A stretch of 64,000 nt of DNA from Eledone cirrhosa (lineage: Eukaryota): contig OZ024740.1 in NCBI GenBank assembly GCA_964016885.1, positions 168,888,001 through 168,952,000 of the forward strand, given 5' to 3'. Positions within the stretch are counted from its first letter, which is position 1. Every line of letters starts with the position of its first letter. Position numbers and translations under genes: made by a program. This document shows positions 52,066 to 64,000 of the stretch, one piece after another. Below the pieces are notes generated by a model. It was not told where the DNA came from. It did no database searches and was given only the letters and a program-made list of their open reading frames with translations.

Positions 52066-54472
52066 CTAGATAAAACATGAATATATACAGTATTTATGGT
52101 CAAAACACTATCTTATATGCACATTATTATTTAGCTCCTGTTAAAATCCTGATTAAAAAGACCTATGCTCAAAGGCATTCAAACAATGGACATCCTGTTA
52201 TTTAACCCTTTAAATGCAACCTACCTAAAACCACTGTTATTAAAGTGATCAAATTTAAATTTAAACTTTGGACTGAAATCTTATACCTGATAATATGAAA
52301 TTTCAGTAATTAAATAGTTTTTTTTAATTATTCAGTTGAAAGTTATTTTACTAAACCTTTCATAATTGTGGATTATTTTGATAATTAAAAGAGAAAGGAA
52401 GAATATTCCGATAGAAAAATGGTCACAAAAAAGTTAAGGAATAAGCAGGACCACATTTCTAATGTTCTTTTTAAGTAGGGTGTGATTTGGCTGTTATTTC
52501 TAGCAGGTAGAGTGATCACACAAAAGTGCCCTTGATGGTTTGTTCACATAAACATTTTATATGGAAGGCGTTTAGATGAGCTTCATTCCTCCACCTTCCC
52601 AGCAAGAACTTTCCTATCAGAACTGTTTGCTAAATTTTATTGAATCTGTATTTCCTAGATATCTCAGGACATGCTCAAAGTTCCACACACTAATATTTTT
52701 CCTCAGAACATTTTGGTTATTTTCCTGCAGAGTATGATCCTGGTTTCTTTAAATTCAGAATTAACAAGTATCTTGTCTAATCTTGGTGGTTTCTTTTATT
52801 TTAATATTTTTATCAGTTCTTTTATTACCATATCATTTTATTAGTTCCATTATTATCTATGATGGTTCTTTTGCTATTTCATTTAAATCTTTTACCAATT
52901 ATTTTATTTATCTTAAATATGCATGTATACATAAAGTTTGTGGGATTAATGCTAGTCCCTCTTCTTCCCAGAAGTAACCTATGGGCTTGGCTTGGTTAAT
53001 ATCAAGTAAAGAGAAAACATTTCATCATCACCATTTAATGTTCATTTATCCATGTTGGCATGGGTTATACAAGTTATCCTGTTGTGAGCAATGCTAGGTC
53101 AGGTGAATATGCCATGCTCATACAGAACCAACAATTTCTTGTTGACAATGCTTCACTGAATCCATGCCTCATAGATGTCACAAAATCATAGATAAAAATA
53201 TATTGAACTGTGAATATATTTCACTAAAAAATGCACTGGCATGGTTGTGTGAGTTTTGGTGTTTGTTTCACAATCATGTGGTTTCAGGTTGAGTCCCACT
53301 GCATTGCACATTGGGCATATGTCTTCTATTATAACCTTGCTTTGACTGAAATTTGGTAGACAGAAACTATTTGAAAGCCAGTCATATATATGAGTGTGTA
53401 TATATATATCCTGTTTAGAATAGGTATACCACATTCCTGTGTGGCCTAAGAATGATTAAAAGGGTTGGTATCAGAAAGGGCATCTGGCTGTAAAATATTG
53501 CTTCAAAAAGTCATGTCCAACCCATACCAACATGGAGAAGTTTGTTTAAAAATGATGATGATCTATATGTATGTGTGTGTGCATCCATATATGTGTTTAC
53601 ATTTACTATTTATGTTATGGAAAATAGAGATATAGAGATTTATGCAGATTTCAAAAATTTGCTCAAGAGGCTGTGAAGAAGTTCGCTTTGTAACCATGTG
53701 GTTTTGGATTCAGTTCTTGTGTGACACCTTGAGCAAGTGTCTTCCACTATAGCTCCAGGTTAACCAATGTCTTCTGAATGAAATTTGGTAAACAGAAACT
53801 GTGTGGAAGCCTGTCATATGGGTTTTTTCTTTTCTATCTCTTTATTTTTTTAATTGCTAGGTTATAGAACATGGACAGGCACATTATCATTTAACATTGT
53901 TTTTTTTATGATGATATATGATGATGTATATGTCTACATGGATAACCGTATCTTTGCTTATGCCCTATAACTTAGTAGTTTTACTAAGAGATTGATAAAA
54001 TAAGTACCAGACTTGGGAGGGAGGGAGGGAAATAAGTAGTGGGGTCGATATGATCAACTAAATACTTTTACGGTGGTGTCTTAGCATGGTTGCTGTCGAA
54101 TGAATGAAATCAGTAAAATAAAAGAATGGTTTTAAACTTATGGTAGCGACTGCATTTTTATATTTAAAATATTTTATTAGTTTCAATTGTGGAGGGCAAG
54201 CTGAAGTATACATCCAGTGAAACCTTCAACCCAAACTGTAAAGTAGTCGTGATGGTGACACGACAAAAAGCACTAAGTACTCACTGTAAATGAGGTTGCC
54301 ACTAGGAAGGACATCCAGCTGTAGAAACCAAGCCAAAATCAGTTCTGTATGAGCAAGACATGGTCACCTGACCTGGCATTGCTCATAACAAGATAACTCA
54401 TCTAACCCATGCAAGCGTGGAAAAATGGATGTTAAATGGTAATGATGATAATGATGATGATATAAAGCTTAC

Positions 54473-54580
54473 CTTTATACTTAAGTTTGGAATTCTCAAG
54501 CACTTTGGATAGCAAAGATTGTTTGGCACGATAAGTTTCTACACTGAAATCGTCTCTTACTGCTTTATTCTGGACAAAAA
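54473..54580 (-). CDS. SMG9: SMG9 exon
   Basis: VFVQNKAVRDDF...SKLKYK; GT-AG; phase 1-1. Confidence 0.93.
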
Positions 54581-55524
54581 CTACAGAAAGAAATTATATG
54601 GTTTAGTAATTAGATAAGATGAACAAAAATAAGAATTATATTTATACAGTGTTTAATGAAGTGAAGTAGCTGTATAGTTAGTATTCTCTTTAGGCAACAT
54701 GATCGCGAATACAATCGACTGAAATGGGATTCCTCTGAAGGGTCTTTGAAGTAATGTTACTCGATAAAGTGCGTAGCTTGGAGATCAAAGAGTCACTACT
54801 TCTCCGAATTGAGAGATCACAGCTCCGATACTATAGACATGTGTTTAGAATGCTTCAGGAAAGAATCCCTAGACAGATTTTACGGGCAAAATCAACCGGC
54901 AAGAGACCCAGGGGTTATCCAACAAGATGGTTGGATAACAGCCATGAGTTTGGGGATCCAGCCAAATCTGTTGGAGACGGTTGCTTCTGACAAAACTCCC
55001 TGGAAGGAGTGCTTGAGGACTGACTCTTCCCCCACGACCTTCTCAGGAATAAGTGGGTGAAGAAAAAGGCAACATGTAACAGTGTCCATCAGTCTTTGTA
55101 GTCTGGCTGAAGCTCCTGAAGAGTCCTTATAGTCATTCAAAAACTATTAAATTCACTTTACATTTGTCACATATATTTTTGGTATCAAAATTATCATTGC
55201 TCTATTTGCAAGCTGGTCACTAATACAGTTCAATAGTATCCTACATATTCATATCATCACGCATCTGGTTTTTTATACTTTCATGGGTTAGATGAAAGAC
55301 CTATTTTGCTCATACATTCCATATTTGACATGGTTTCTACAGCTCAATGCTCATACTAATGCTAACTGTACTGGGTTCATTAACTCACCAGCACTATCAC
55401 TTTTCAGAATGTACTGGATGCATTTTATCGTGGCACCAGCACTACCACTTTACTTAGTGTACTGTGTGCACTTTATCGTGGTAGGATATATCTATGGAGC
55501 TTGTAGAGGCGATCAAGTATTAAT

Positions 55525-56925
55525 ATAATAATGAAATTATTGTGTAAAGTGCTCAGGTGCACTACAACTCATCAAAGGTGCATGTATAGTACATAGAATA
55601 ATATACAAATGTCAGGGAAGTGAATAGTGTATGAGTCATGATATACATTTGTGAATGTGTATGGAGGGGGAATATTAGGTGTAGTGTTGGCGAATCTCAA
55701 GAAGCATGGAGGTTTTAAAGGATGCAGTGTCCCAACAGCTAACAACTGATGCAGGTAGTTTGTTCCATGCTTTGGCAACTCTGAGCGTGAAAAAATGTTT
55801 CAGAAAGTCATGGGAACTGTGTTGTTTTCTGACTTTGTGGGCATGCCCACGTGTGTTAGACACATGGAAATCAAAAAGGTACTCAGGGTTGTTGTTGGCA
55901 AGATGGTTAACAATTTTGTGGGTGTTTACTAAGTCAGTTGCCAGGCGTCGGAGCTTCAATGTATCCATGCCCAGGGAAGCAAGGCACTCAGAGTATGGTA
56001 GATGCCTGATGCAGGGTATTCGCTTGGTTGCACGTCTCTGAACAGTTTCCAGGCGGTCAATGTTCTGAGCAAGATAGGGGTTTCAGACTGGTGATGCAAA
56101 TTCTAAGTGTGGCCGCACCATAGCTATATACAGCCTTAAATAGATAGCTGGAGAGCAGCTGACAAAGGTCTTGCTGAGTGATGCTGAGACACCCTCGGCC
56201 CTCTTGACAATTTTAGGAATGACACTGGCAGTTTTCCACTGTTCTGGAGTAGCACCGTTGTTCAAACAGAGGTGCAGAAGGGAGTACCTACCACGTTTAA
56301 GAAGCAGGTACGTAACACCATCAAGACCAGGAGATGCAAGGTTGCGTTTATTTTTTAGGTGACGTCGCAGCATTGCAGGTATAAATTCCATGGTTGTAAT
56401 AGAATCCGGTATCATAGGTGGTGGAGACGGTACACTCTGGTCTTCAATAGTGAAAATGCCTGCATAGCATTTAGCAATGAGCTGTGCACATTCCTTGGGG
56501 TTGTCAGTAACCTGGCTTGTGTGGGGATTGTGAAGAGGACCAACTGGAGAGTGAGGCCTCTGCTTTGAGTGAACATATTTTCAGAACACCTTACTGTCAG
56601 GGCTGGTTGCTATGCGCTGCTCAAATTGAAGCACTGCCTTTTTTGTCACCTGTTTGAGGTGGTTGGATGATTTATTTCGCCTCTTCCTATTGATGTCTGA
56701 TTTGCGAAGTTTGTACTCACGTTCAGCATTGCAACGTTCTTTTCTGGCAAGACGGACTGCTGCAGTCTCCCAAATTGCACTTTTGGGATGTTTTTTCCGC
56801 TTACATGCTGTCCATATTGAGCTCAGGATGTTCTGGAGTACAGTGTTGACATCTCCAGAGTCGTAGAACTCAAGCCAGTTTGGACGTTGCAACTCAGTGC
56901 AGTAACAGTTCCAGTCTGCTTTATA
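55525..56925 (-). mobile_element. CR1-like LINE ORF2 remnant with internal deletion
   Basis: SPGLDG, PEQWKTASVIP, VRPHLEFASPV, LRRL..DL, TRGH..K...FF..RV..AWNKLP; RT core missing; related 3'-end fragments near 36380 and 49580. Confidence 0.85.
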
Positions 56926-57583
56926 TCAGTCAAAGTGATGTCTCTTACAATATTATGGGTATGTGCCATTTCTTCATTTAGAGACCAAAGCTTTTGAGTC
57001 TCCTAATTTGGCTTCTTTCTAAGTCTTCAAAAAACTGTCACTATTCTTGTTATCAACTGGTTTACTGATACATTTTAAAGTATTTTCATTAGCTACAGTA
57101 GCATAAGCAATTGACAATTTTTTAAAATAAAAAAGTTACTGGATGCACATCCCACAGCCAACTGTTATGATAGCTCAATCTGTGTGAATGGAGTACAGAC
57201 TAGCTACAATAAGTGTTTTAAGGTCATTTCCCCTGCTCTAGCAGGGATTAGCTTTCAGGGCACTATAAGCTTTTTCATTTTGCCTTATCATCTACATCTC
57301 CCGTCCCCAACTGCCTGGCTTTTATTTCCACCTGCATCAACTTTTAACCATGTCTTTCTTGGTCTTCCTCTTCCTCTACTTCCTTCCACATTCTTTTCCA
57401 TTACTCCTTTTTCTAAGTCTTTTACATCCTTCCTTAACACATGACCCAACCATCTCATTTTTCTCTACAACATTCATCACTGGCTAAATTCCATCATCCT
57501 CTGCAATTTCTCTCTCTAAGTAATATACCATTCTCATTTCTGTTCTTTCAAGACTAACTGATACAATATAAAAATAAACATAC

Positions 57584-57684
57584 CTATCTGTGGATAATAG
57601 TCTGTAGTATTCTCCTGAACAGATGTGTCATCATGAGAATTAGCAGGAGTTGAAGGTTTGAGCATTTCAGCAGTCAACAAGAAT
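57584..57684 (-). CDS. SMG9: SMG9 exon
   Basis: RFLLTAEMLKPSTPANSH...DYYPQI; GT-AG. Confidence 0.95.
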
Positions 57685-57887
57685 CTAAGTGAATTGAAAA
57701 AGATACGTGTCAAATAATTTTCAGTGTTGTAGAAGAATAAAGCAACATGCACAGCTGAAAGTATTGTAAAGAGCAACAAATAGATAAAACATTAATGTAG
57801 GTGTTTATGAATGATGTTTTGTTACATTCTTGAACAAGACATTCAACTTTTTCAGTCAGCCTCACTTTCTACAGCTGATATAATTAA

Positions 57888-58116
57888 CCCTTTCATTGCC
57901 ATATTTCTCATGAAAAACACTGGTTATTAAATAATTTTAAAAATAATCATGAATTCATAGGGATTTAATAATATAATTAAGTTTCTCATTATTAGTCAGG
58001 TGTTTGGAAGATAAATGTTCTTACATAAAATTATGATGGAAGGCTTTTAGATAGATATAAACACAATCAAATAAAGTTTTTTATCTTAGATTCAGGGTGG
58101 TTTGGTATCAAAAGGG
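57888..58116. mobile_element. MITE-B (older CCC...GGG, TTAA-type family); about ten decayed copies in the window
   Basis: TTAA|CCCTTT...AAAGGG; shared core CATAAAATTATGATGGAAGG also near 13080, 30410, 43070, 46730 and 60600. Confidence 0.7.
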
Positions 58117-58284
58117 CTAATGTTAGCAAGAGTTAATGTATTACTGCAAATCTTTATAGAGGAATGTGAATGAAGCACATGGGGTTGTAGTTCTTACGAA
58201 AGCATGTGTGACCCTGAACAATATAAAACTTAAAGATTAAGTGGAGGGAAAAGAAATGGACAGAAATATAGAAAGAATAAATAC

Positions 58285-58370
58285 CTGAGAAAGTTGATAT
58301 CAGTAAACCAGTCTTGGACTACCAGAAGTACATTACATACTGTCATCATAAATGCTGCTAGTTGCAGTGA
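58285..58370 (-). CDS. SMG9: SMG9 exon
   Basis: SLQLAAFMMTVCNVLLVVQDWFTD resembles human SLQIAAFLFTVCHVVIVVQDWFTD. Confidence 0.96.
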
Positions 58371-58759
58371 CTGCAATGTTAAAGTGGTAAAATGTTTGTT
58401 AGAGATAGAATTAACATGTAATACTATAACTTTGAGTAGCATAGAGTAGTTTATCCGAATATGTTGGGGATCAGATCGAATACGTTTCACTTACAGATCC
58501 TGCTAACCTTATGAAGAAACAAAAGTTGTATAAATTAGGTGTAGGTATGGTGGTGTGGTTAAGGGACTCACTACAGAATCACTTGATTTGGGTTTGGGGT
58601 TCAGTATACTTGTGTGGCCCCTTAGAACAGTGTATTAAAGCCCAGGGTGAATTTGATAGGCAGAAACCATGCGGAAGCTTGTATAATTGTGTGTATATAT
58701 ATAAATATACGAAGCATATTTCACATGTAGTATATGCTTTCAAATACACCCCTAAAAAT

Positions 58760-59400
58760 CCTACTCGATGCATATGACAGTAAGAAAGAGAATTTAGTTG
58801 TAATGCCAAGTAGGGGTGCAACTGATGCCCTCTTCTTGGTGAGACAACTACAGAAGTACTTAGCTAAGAGTGAGCCACTGTATCAAGGATTTGTCAATCT
58901 GGAGAAGGCCTCTGACAGGGTTCCACACTTTATAATCTAGTGGGCACTATAAGCTAAGTGTAGACAATGAGTACAGTGTGAATTGAAGTGCAGGTTGTGA
59001 TCCACTCCTGTTTATCACTGTCCTTTAGGCCATTACTGAGAAGTTTAAAACTGGCACTCTAAGAGAGCTCTTACATGCTGATGACTTAATCCTCATAGCT
59101 GAATCTGTAGGAGAGTTGAAGGCAAAATTTCAAGCATGGAAGAAGAACCTACAGTTGAAAGGCCTAAAGTAAACTTAGCAAAGACAAAAGTCTTAATAAG
59201 TAGGAGAGAGGACAGGAGGGTGATACTATCAGGGTAATGGCCTTGTTCCATGTCAAAAAAGTGTAGGTAGTAATTCTATAAGGTGCACACAGTGTAATTT
59301 ATGGATGCACAAGAAATGTAGTGGGATTGCAGGTAAGCTAACAGAAAAGATAGATTTTGTATACAGCAGAGAACTTCTGTACACTTGATAGAATGTGAGA
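58760..59400 (+). mobile_element. Decayed RTE fragment
   Basis: GATDALFLVRQLQ, FVNLEKASDRVP, HADDL, PHD remnant. Confidence 0.8.
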
Positions 59401-59701
59401 CTACATAAGAGAGGGAGGTCAGTAGTCCTGCTTCAATACTATCTTGGTTTTTATAGATCCATCCAACCCTTGCTGGCAGAAGTGTGTGTTTGTCCATATT
59501 TAGATCTACACTGCTCAACAACCAGTATTGTTTATGTCCTGTAATTTAGCATCCCCACAAATAGATGTCAATGAAATAAGTACCAACCTCTGAAAGTGGT
59601 GTTCGGGCATGGCCTCAATGATTCAAACCATTAAAAAAGCTTTTAGCATCATAAGCACATTGATTAATCATGCCAAGAAGACTAAAGATTGATTTCCTTA
59701 C

Positions 59702-59797
59702 CTGCATTTCCATACAATTCTCAGCAGTGCTGTATTCAGCTGGGTATTTCTTGTCATGGTGTATCATCATGTCCAAGACAGAAGCACTTAAGACAGG
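59702..59797 (-). CDS. SMG9: SMG9 exon
   Basis: PVLSASVLDMMIHHDKKYPAEYSTAENCMEMQ; phase 0-0; GT-AG. Confidence 0.93.
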
Positions 59798-60624
59798 CTA
59801 TAGAAGATAACAGAAATATCATTTACCGAAACCTTTGTGATGAAAAAAAAAAAAATGTAAATTACAGTATCATGCAAAATCGTACATATAATTGAGCTAA
59901 TGAGGGAGCCTTATGTAGGCATTTGACTTGCCAAATTTCCCTCAACTCCATCCTACCACCTTAAAAATGGAAGAACAAATTGGATAACATTGTCATAGGT
60001 GAATTGCCAAGATGATTAGAGAATAGGACAAAATGCCTTGCAGTATTTGTTCCAGCTTTCTTCACTCTAAGTTCAACTTTGCTCTTCATCCTTTTGGAAT
60101 TGATAAAATTAAGTACCAGTCCAGGTTGGTGGATTAGGGGAATTATTAGTGTCAGATGAAATACTTTATAGTATTTGTTATAACTCTTTATGTTCTGAGT
60201 TCAAATCCTGCTGTGGCCTACTTGTGTAGTAGTCTTAATCTGTTGTCCAGTTCAATACCACCACCTATTCCTTGGGTACTTCTAGCTGAATCTATTCTGT
60301 TACAAGCATTTTACAATTAAGTTTTGAAAACAATCAGGAATTTGGAGAGATTTAGCATAATTTCTTTATTAATAATTTGCTGTTTGGAACATAACATAAC
60401 AAAAATGTTCTAACAAAAGGACAGAAGACTAATCTAAATATGAACCTATTTAAAAAAAAGACATTTTGTATAACAGAAACCAGAAGTAATCTCAGACAGG
60501 ATGGTGACAAAAGTTAACCTCTCAGATATCAAACTACCTCTGGTTTTATGATACAAAATTTTGTTTTAAAGTGTTCATATTTGAATTTAAACCCTCAATC
60601 ATAATTTTATGTAAGAATCTTTAA

Positions 60625-62813
60625 TCCTTTAACATCTAAACCAGCTGTATCTGGCCAGAATTCTCTTACCTCCTGTTCAAACCGGTCATAACTGACTGCT
60701 CAAACTTATGTTAAAGTATTGTTTTCAAAATACATAATATCAAAATCTCGTAGATTTGATATTATGTGAGATAATTATCTCCTTATAATATATAACCAGC
60801 AATTTCTCTGTCTGTCTGTCCGACGCGTAGAGAGAGAGTGAGAGTGAAAGAAAGAGACAGACTACAAGAGGGGGGTAGCGGGAGGGAGAGAGACGCTGGA
60901 AGAGGGGAAGGAAAGCTATGTCTTGCTGTCTGCATTACGATACATATATATATACACACACACACACACACACTGAGCGCGTCATAATGACGTAATGCAG
61001 ACAGCCAGACATACAGACATATTATAAGGGCGCAACGTTATATCTATGTATCTATCTAAAAAGAAAGACTAAGAATTATATAGAGAGAACGCTAAATCGC
61101 CTAATGCGGTCCCTAGGGCATTGAAAATTTGAAATAATTTTTGCTCAAAACACTCACAGGACCATAAGTATTACATGTTTAAAGTTTGAAAACAATCGGT
61201 TGGATGGTTCTCAAGTTTTAGTGAGCTGACAGACAGACAGACATTCTCTGTTTTAGATATATAGACTAGCAGAAAACCGCCCACGTGTGGTTTTCTGCTA
61301 GTCTATATATCTAAAACTGAGGATGTCTGTCTGTGTGTGTGTGAGTTTGAATCCCTAAAACTCAAGAACCACCCAACCGACTGTTTTCAAACTTTACACA
61401 TGTAATACTTATGTTTCAGAGAGTGTTATGAGCAAAATAAAATTTCAAATTTTCAATGCCCTAGGGACCGCATTAGGCGATTTAGCGATCTCTCTCTATA
61501 ATTCTTAGTCTTTCTCTTTTTAGATAGATACATAAATATAACGTCGTGGCCTTATAATATCTGTCTGGATGTCTGACTGTCTGCATCGCACTCGGCGCGT
61601 CAATGTATGGCTGTTAAACGGGCCGCGAACGCATTCTGATTCATTCTAAAGGCTACCAGTGGAAGCAACCGTAACACTCTCCAAATGTCAGAGAACGCAG
61701 TCAAAGTCACTATTAAGGGCTACAAGTGAACGCTCACATGGCCCTTTTTAGGGCCACCACTTGAAATTGTTGATGGTTACCCTTCCTTACTGGAGTGTCA
61801 GTGAACGGTTTACAAGGCCCTGTTAAGGGCCTTTGAAATAACTGATGGCAACTCTTTCGTTTAGGGCTGCCAGTGAACACGCACACGCCTCAGGGCCCAT
61901 TTTATTGCACCATTCCTCTTTAAATTTGTTAAATTATACCCACAGTTTGGTAAAGGTTTGTCCAGTTGCGTTTACTTACTAAGGTGCGGTGGACTCTACA
62001 TGCTGTCCGATTGCACATCATGCCTTGCTCAAGCATTGCAGACTTCTCTCTGACATAAGTGGTGACATCTGTCCTGCTGACTCATGCCACTTTATTAAAG
62101 TACAAAAGGACCAAGCCGATTTTCTCCACGTGGAAGGAGAAGCATACCTAATACTAATTGCATCAGAGCATTCGGTTTATTTTCTTTACATATTGTCCAG
62201 GCATGCAGTTTTTCCACGATTAGGTCTGTTGGCTACCCGCGTTGTTTCAGGGAGTGTTATGCACATAAAAAATTCAACTTTTTGATCTCCTAGGGCCCGC
62301 ATTAGGTGAAAAACTGTGTTTTTTCAGCTTTTTAGGGGTATTTTGAGGCGTTACGTCAGACCGATTTCCTTGAAATTGTAACTATGTATTAGTCAGTCTC
62401 TTCTTCATACCGTGAGCAAAGAAAATCCAACTTTTTTATGGCCTAGGGCCCGCATTAGGTGAAAAACTTCATTTATTCAGCTTTTTAGGGCTTTTTTTAG
62501 GCGTTACATCTAGCCGATTTTGCCGAAATTTCAAGGCATTATACACATAAAAAGAATTGATTTTCTTGATCCCCTAGGGCCCACATTAGGTGAAAACCTG
62601 CATTTTTCCTGCTTCATTGAGGAAAATCTTAAAGATTATCAGAGTATTCAGTTTATTTTCTTTACATATTGTCCAGGCATGCAGTTTTTCTACGATTAGG
62701 TCTGTTGGCGGCCCGCGTTCCAAAATACCTTATCCCGTGCAACGCCGGCTACCACTGCTAATGTGAAATAAAGTGTTTACTGTAAAAATACAATAGTAAA
62801 TAATGCTAAAGGG
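60625..62813. mobile_element. MITE-A split by a Helitron, nested in MITE-B (60518-62932)
   Basis: TTAA at 60621 and 62814; halves rejoin as GAGATAATTA|TGTGAAATAA, as in the intact copy near 41013-41032. Confidence 0.88.
60778..62761 (+). mobile_element. Non-autonomous Helitron (composite)
   Basis: Inserted between A and T with no duplication; 5' TC; 3' GC-rich imperfect hairpin CCCGTGCAACGCCGG followed by CTAA (CTRR); internal CCTAGGGCCCGCATTAGG subrepeats. Confidence 0.88.
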
Positions 62814-62953
62814 TTAAGTTGTGATTTAAACATCACATTAAAAATGACTAAGTTATATTGCTAAATCTCTATATTTTCTTAACTTTTTCAAAATCATTTT
62901 GAAAATTAGTCAGTCACTTATTAGAAATAGGGTTAACACAAATGTTAGTGTAC

Positions 62954-63065
62954 CTGGGTGTCAAGCAAAATAACTCGGTCATTAGTGACAAACATATCAA
63001 CTCCTGATGTCTGATGACTACCAACTTCTCGTATATCCTTGCTCTGAGGCTGGAACACAAAACTT
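62954..63065 (-). CDS. SMG9: SMG9 exon (most 5' exon found in this window)
   Basis: SFVFQPQS...HQTSGVDMFVTNDRVILLDTQ resembles human NQTSGIDFFITQERIVFLDTQ; GT-AG. Confidence 0.95.
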
Positions 63066-63195
63066 CTACAAAAAACAATAAGCAAATAAATAAAGAAATA
63101 TATAAATTTTTAATATTTTAGAGATAGATTACTGAATAAAGTAAATTTAGAACTGGACATTCCTTCATGATACTAACATAGAATTCTGCCTCAAA

Positions 63196-64000
63196 ATGTC
63201 TAGTCCAATATACTCGTTCCGTAATTGCTGGGTCGAATGTGGAAGCTGTCGCATCTCTGTCTGCCTTCAATGCGCCACAGGCTTCCGGAGGATCCCAGGC
63301 CAAAAAAAGAGACATCATAATGCTATGATGGATGGAATATGGGAGATGATCCAGCTAAAATCCTGGTCCTTTCAGTGTCTGGCCTGTGTGCCTGCCTCCA
63401 CTAATGTTATTAATGTTATTGAAAAACAACAACAACAACAACAAAAACCAATGACTGTGTCTTCCTCTACCATTGTTACTGAACAACGGCAAAAACCTAT
63501 GACACTGGCTTCTACTGTTATTCCTGTGGGAGAACATCAGAAACAACAACAACCCATGTCTTCAACTCCCAGTACATCTCGACACCAACAACTGGTGACT
63601 GTGTCTTCCCCTACCATTCCCGTGGAGGAACATCATCATCACCAACAACAACAACAGCAACAACCTGCGACTGTGTCCTCCCCTGCCATTCCCGTGGAGG
63701 AACATCATCATCACCAACAACGGCAGCAGCAGCAGAAACAGCAACAACAACAACCGACCAGTACAGATTTTGCGGAACTGCAACTAATGATTGCTGCTCT
63801 GAGAAGGGAAGTTGCAGGAATAGAGGCAAGCATTCGGGTAGGACTCCACAATGAGGGGTCTTATCGGAATGACTTGCTAAAGAATCTCCCTGTACCTCTT
63901 GCCGAAAAGACTGAAAAGACTGCGGAATCTGCTACCCATGAAGTGATTGCCATTGGGGTACCAGAGGACAAGGCTGATCTTCAGGCATTTGCTGCCAGCT
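63196..64000 (+). CDS. Open-ended ORF: PHD-like finger, Q/H-rich repeats, coiled coil; probable LINE (CR1/L2-type) ORF1
   Basis: No stop from 63151 to the window end; WVECGSC...CLQC...WSFQCLAC; ELQLMIAALRREVAGIE heptads; EVIAIGVPE resembles the ORF1 NxxxxGxPE motif. Confidence 0.65.
   Translation, partial: MSSPIYSFRNCWVECGSCRISVCLQCATGFRRIPGQKKRHHNAMMDGIWEMIQLKSWSFQCLACVPASTNVINVIEKQQQQQQKPMTVSSSTIVTEQRQKPMTLASTVIPVGEHQKQQQPMSSTPSTSRHQQLVTVSSPTIPVEEHHHHQQQQQQQPATVSSPAIPVEEHHHHQQRQQQQKQQQQQPTSTDFAELQLMIAALRREVAGIEASIRVGLHNEGSYRNDLLKNLPVPLAEKTEKTAESATHEVIAIGVPEDKADLQAFAAS

Noticed and set aside
61989-62285. Captured gene or RepHel fragment inside the Helitron
   Set aside because: No recognisable Rep or helicase motifs or splice-bounded exon; cannot be supported without a search
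63118-63318. Minus-strand ORF as a further SMG9 exon
   Set aside because: No resemblance to the expected upstream P-loop region; it is the antisense shadow of the + strand PHD-like ORF

Overview
AT-rich, microsatellite-dense eukaryotic DNA. The repeat families and (TA/CA)n load suggest a coleoid cephalopod such as octopus, but that is inference. Two host genes converge tail-to-tail: the last four exons of a GRAMD1/Aster sterol-transport gene (+, 10017-25108) and eight 3' exons of the NMD factor SMG9 (-, 48986-63065). All splice junctions are GT-AG with matching phases. The rest is transposon material: a Naiad-type Penelope-like element (PLE) with ~1.4-kb inverted arms, no endonuclease and a hammerhead-like 3' end; a second, decayed Naiad; a young but defective Gypsy element with an apparently composite LTR; RTE LINEs carrying an internal PHD finger; CR1-like, CRE-like and mariner remnants; two SINE families; piggyBac- and Tc1-type MITEs; and a Helitron with a palindromic end junction. 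The most striking signal is a recurring set of hammerhead-ribozyme-like cassettes (CTGAnGA...GAAA-palindrome-TA, often followed by AATAAA), twice arranged as ORF-less, divergent, inverted pairs. All calls come from reading the sequence and recalled protein motifs; no searches were run.
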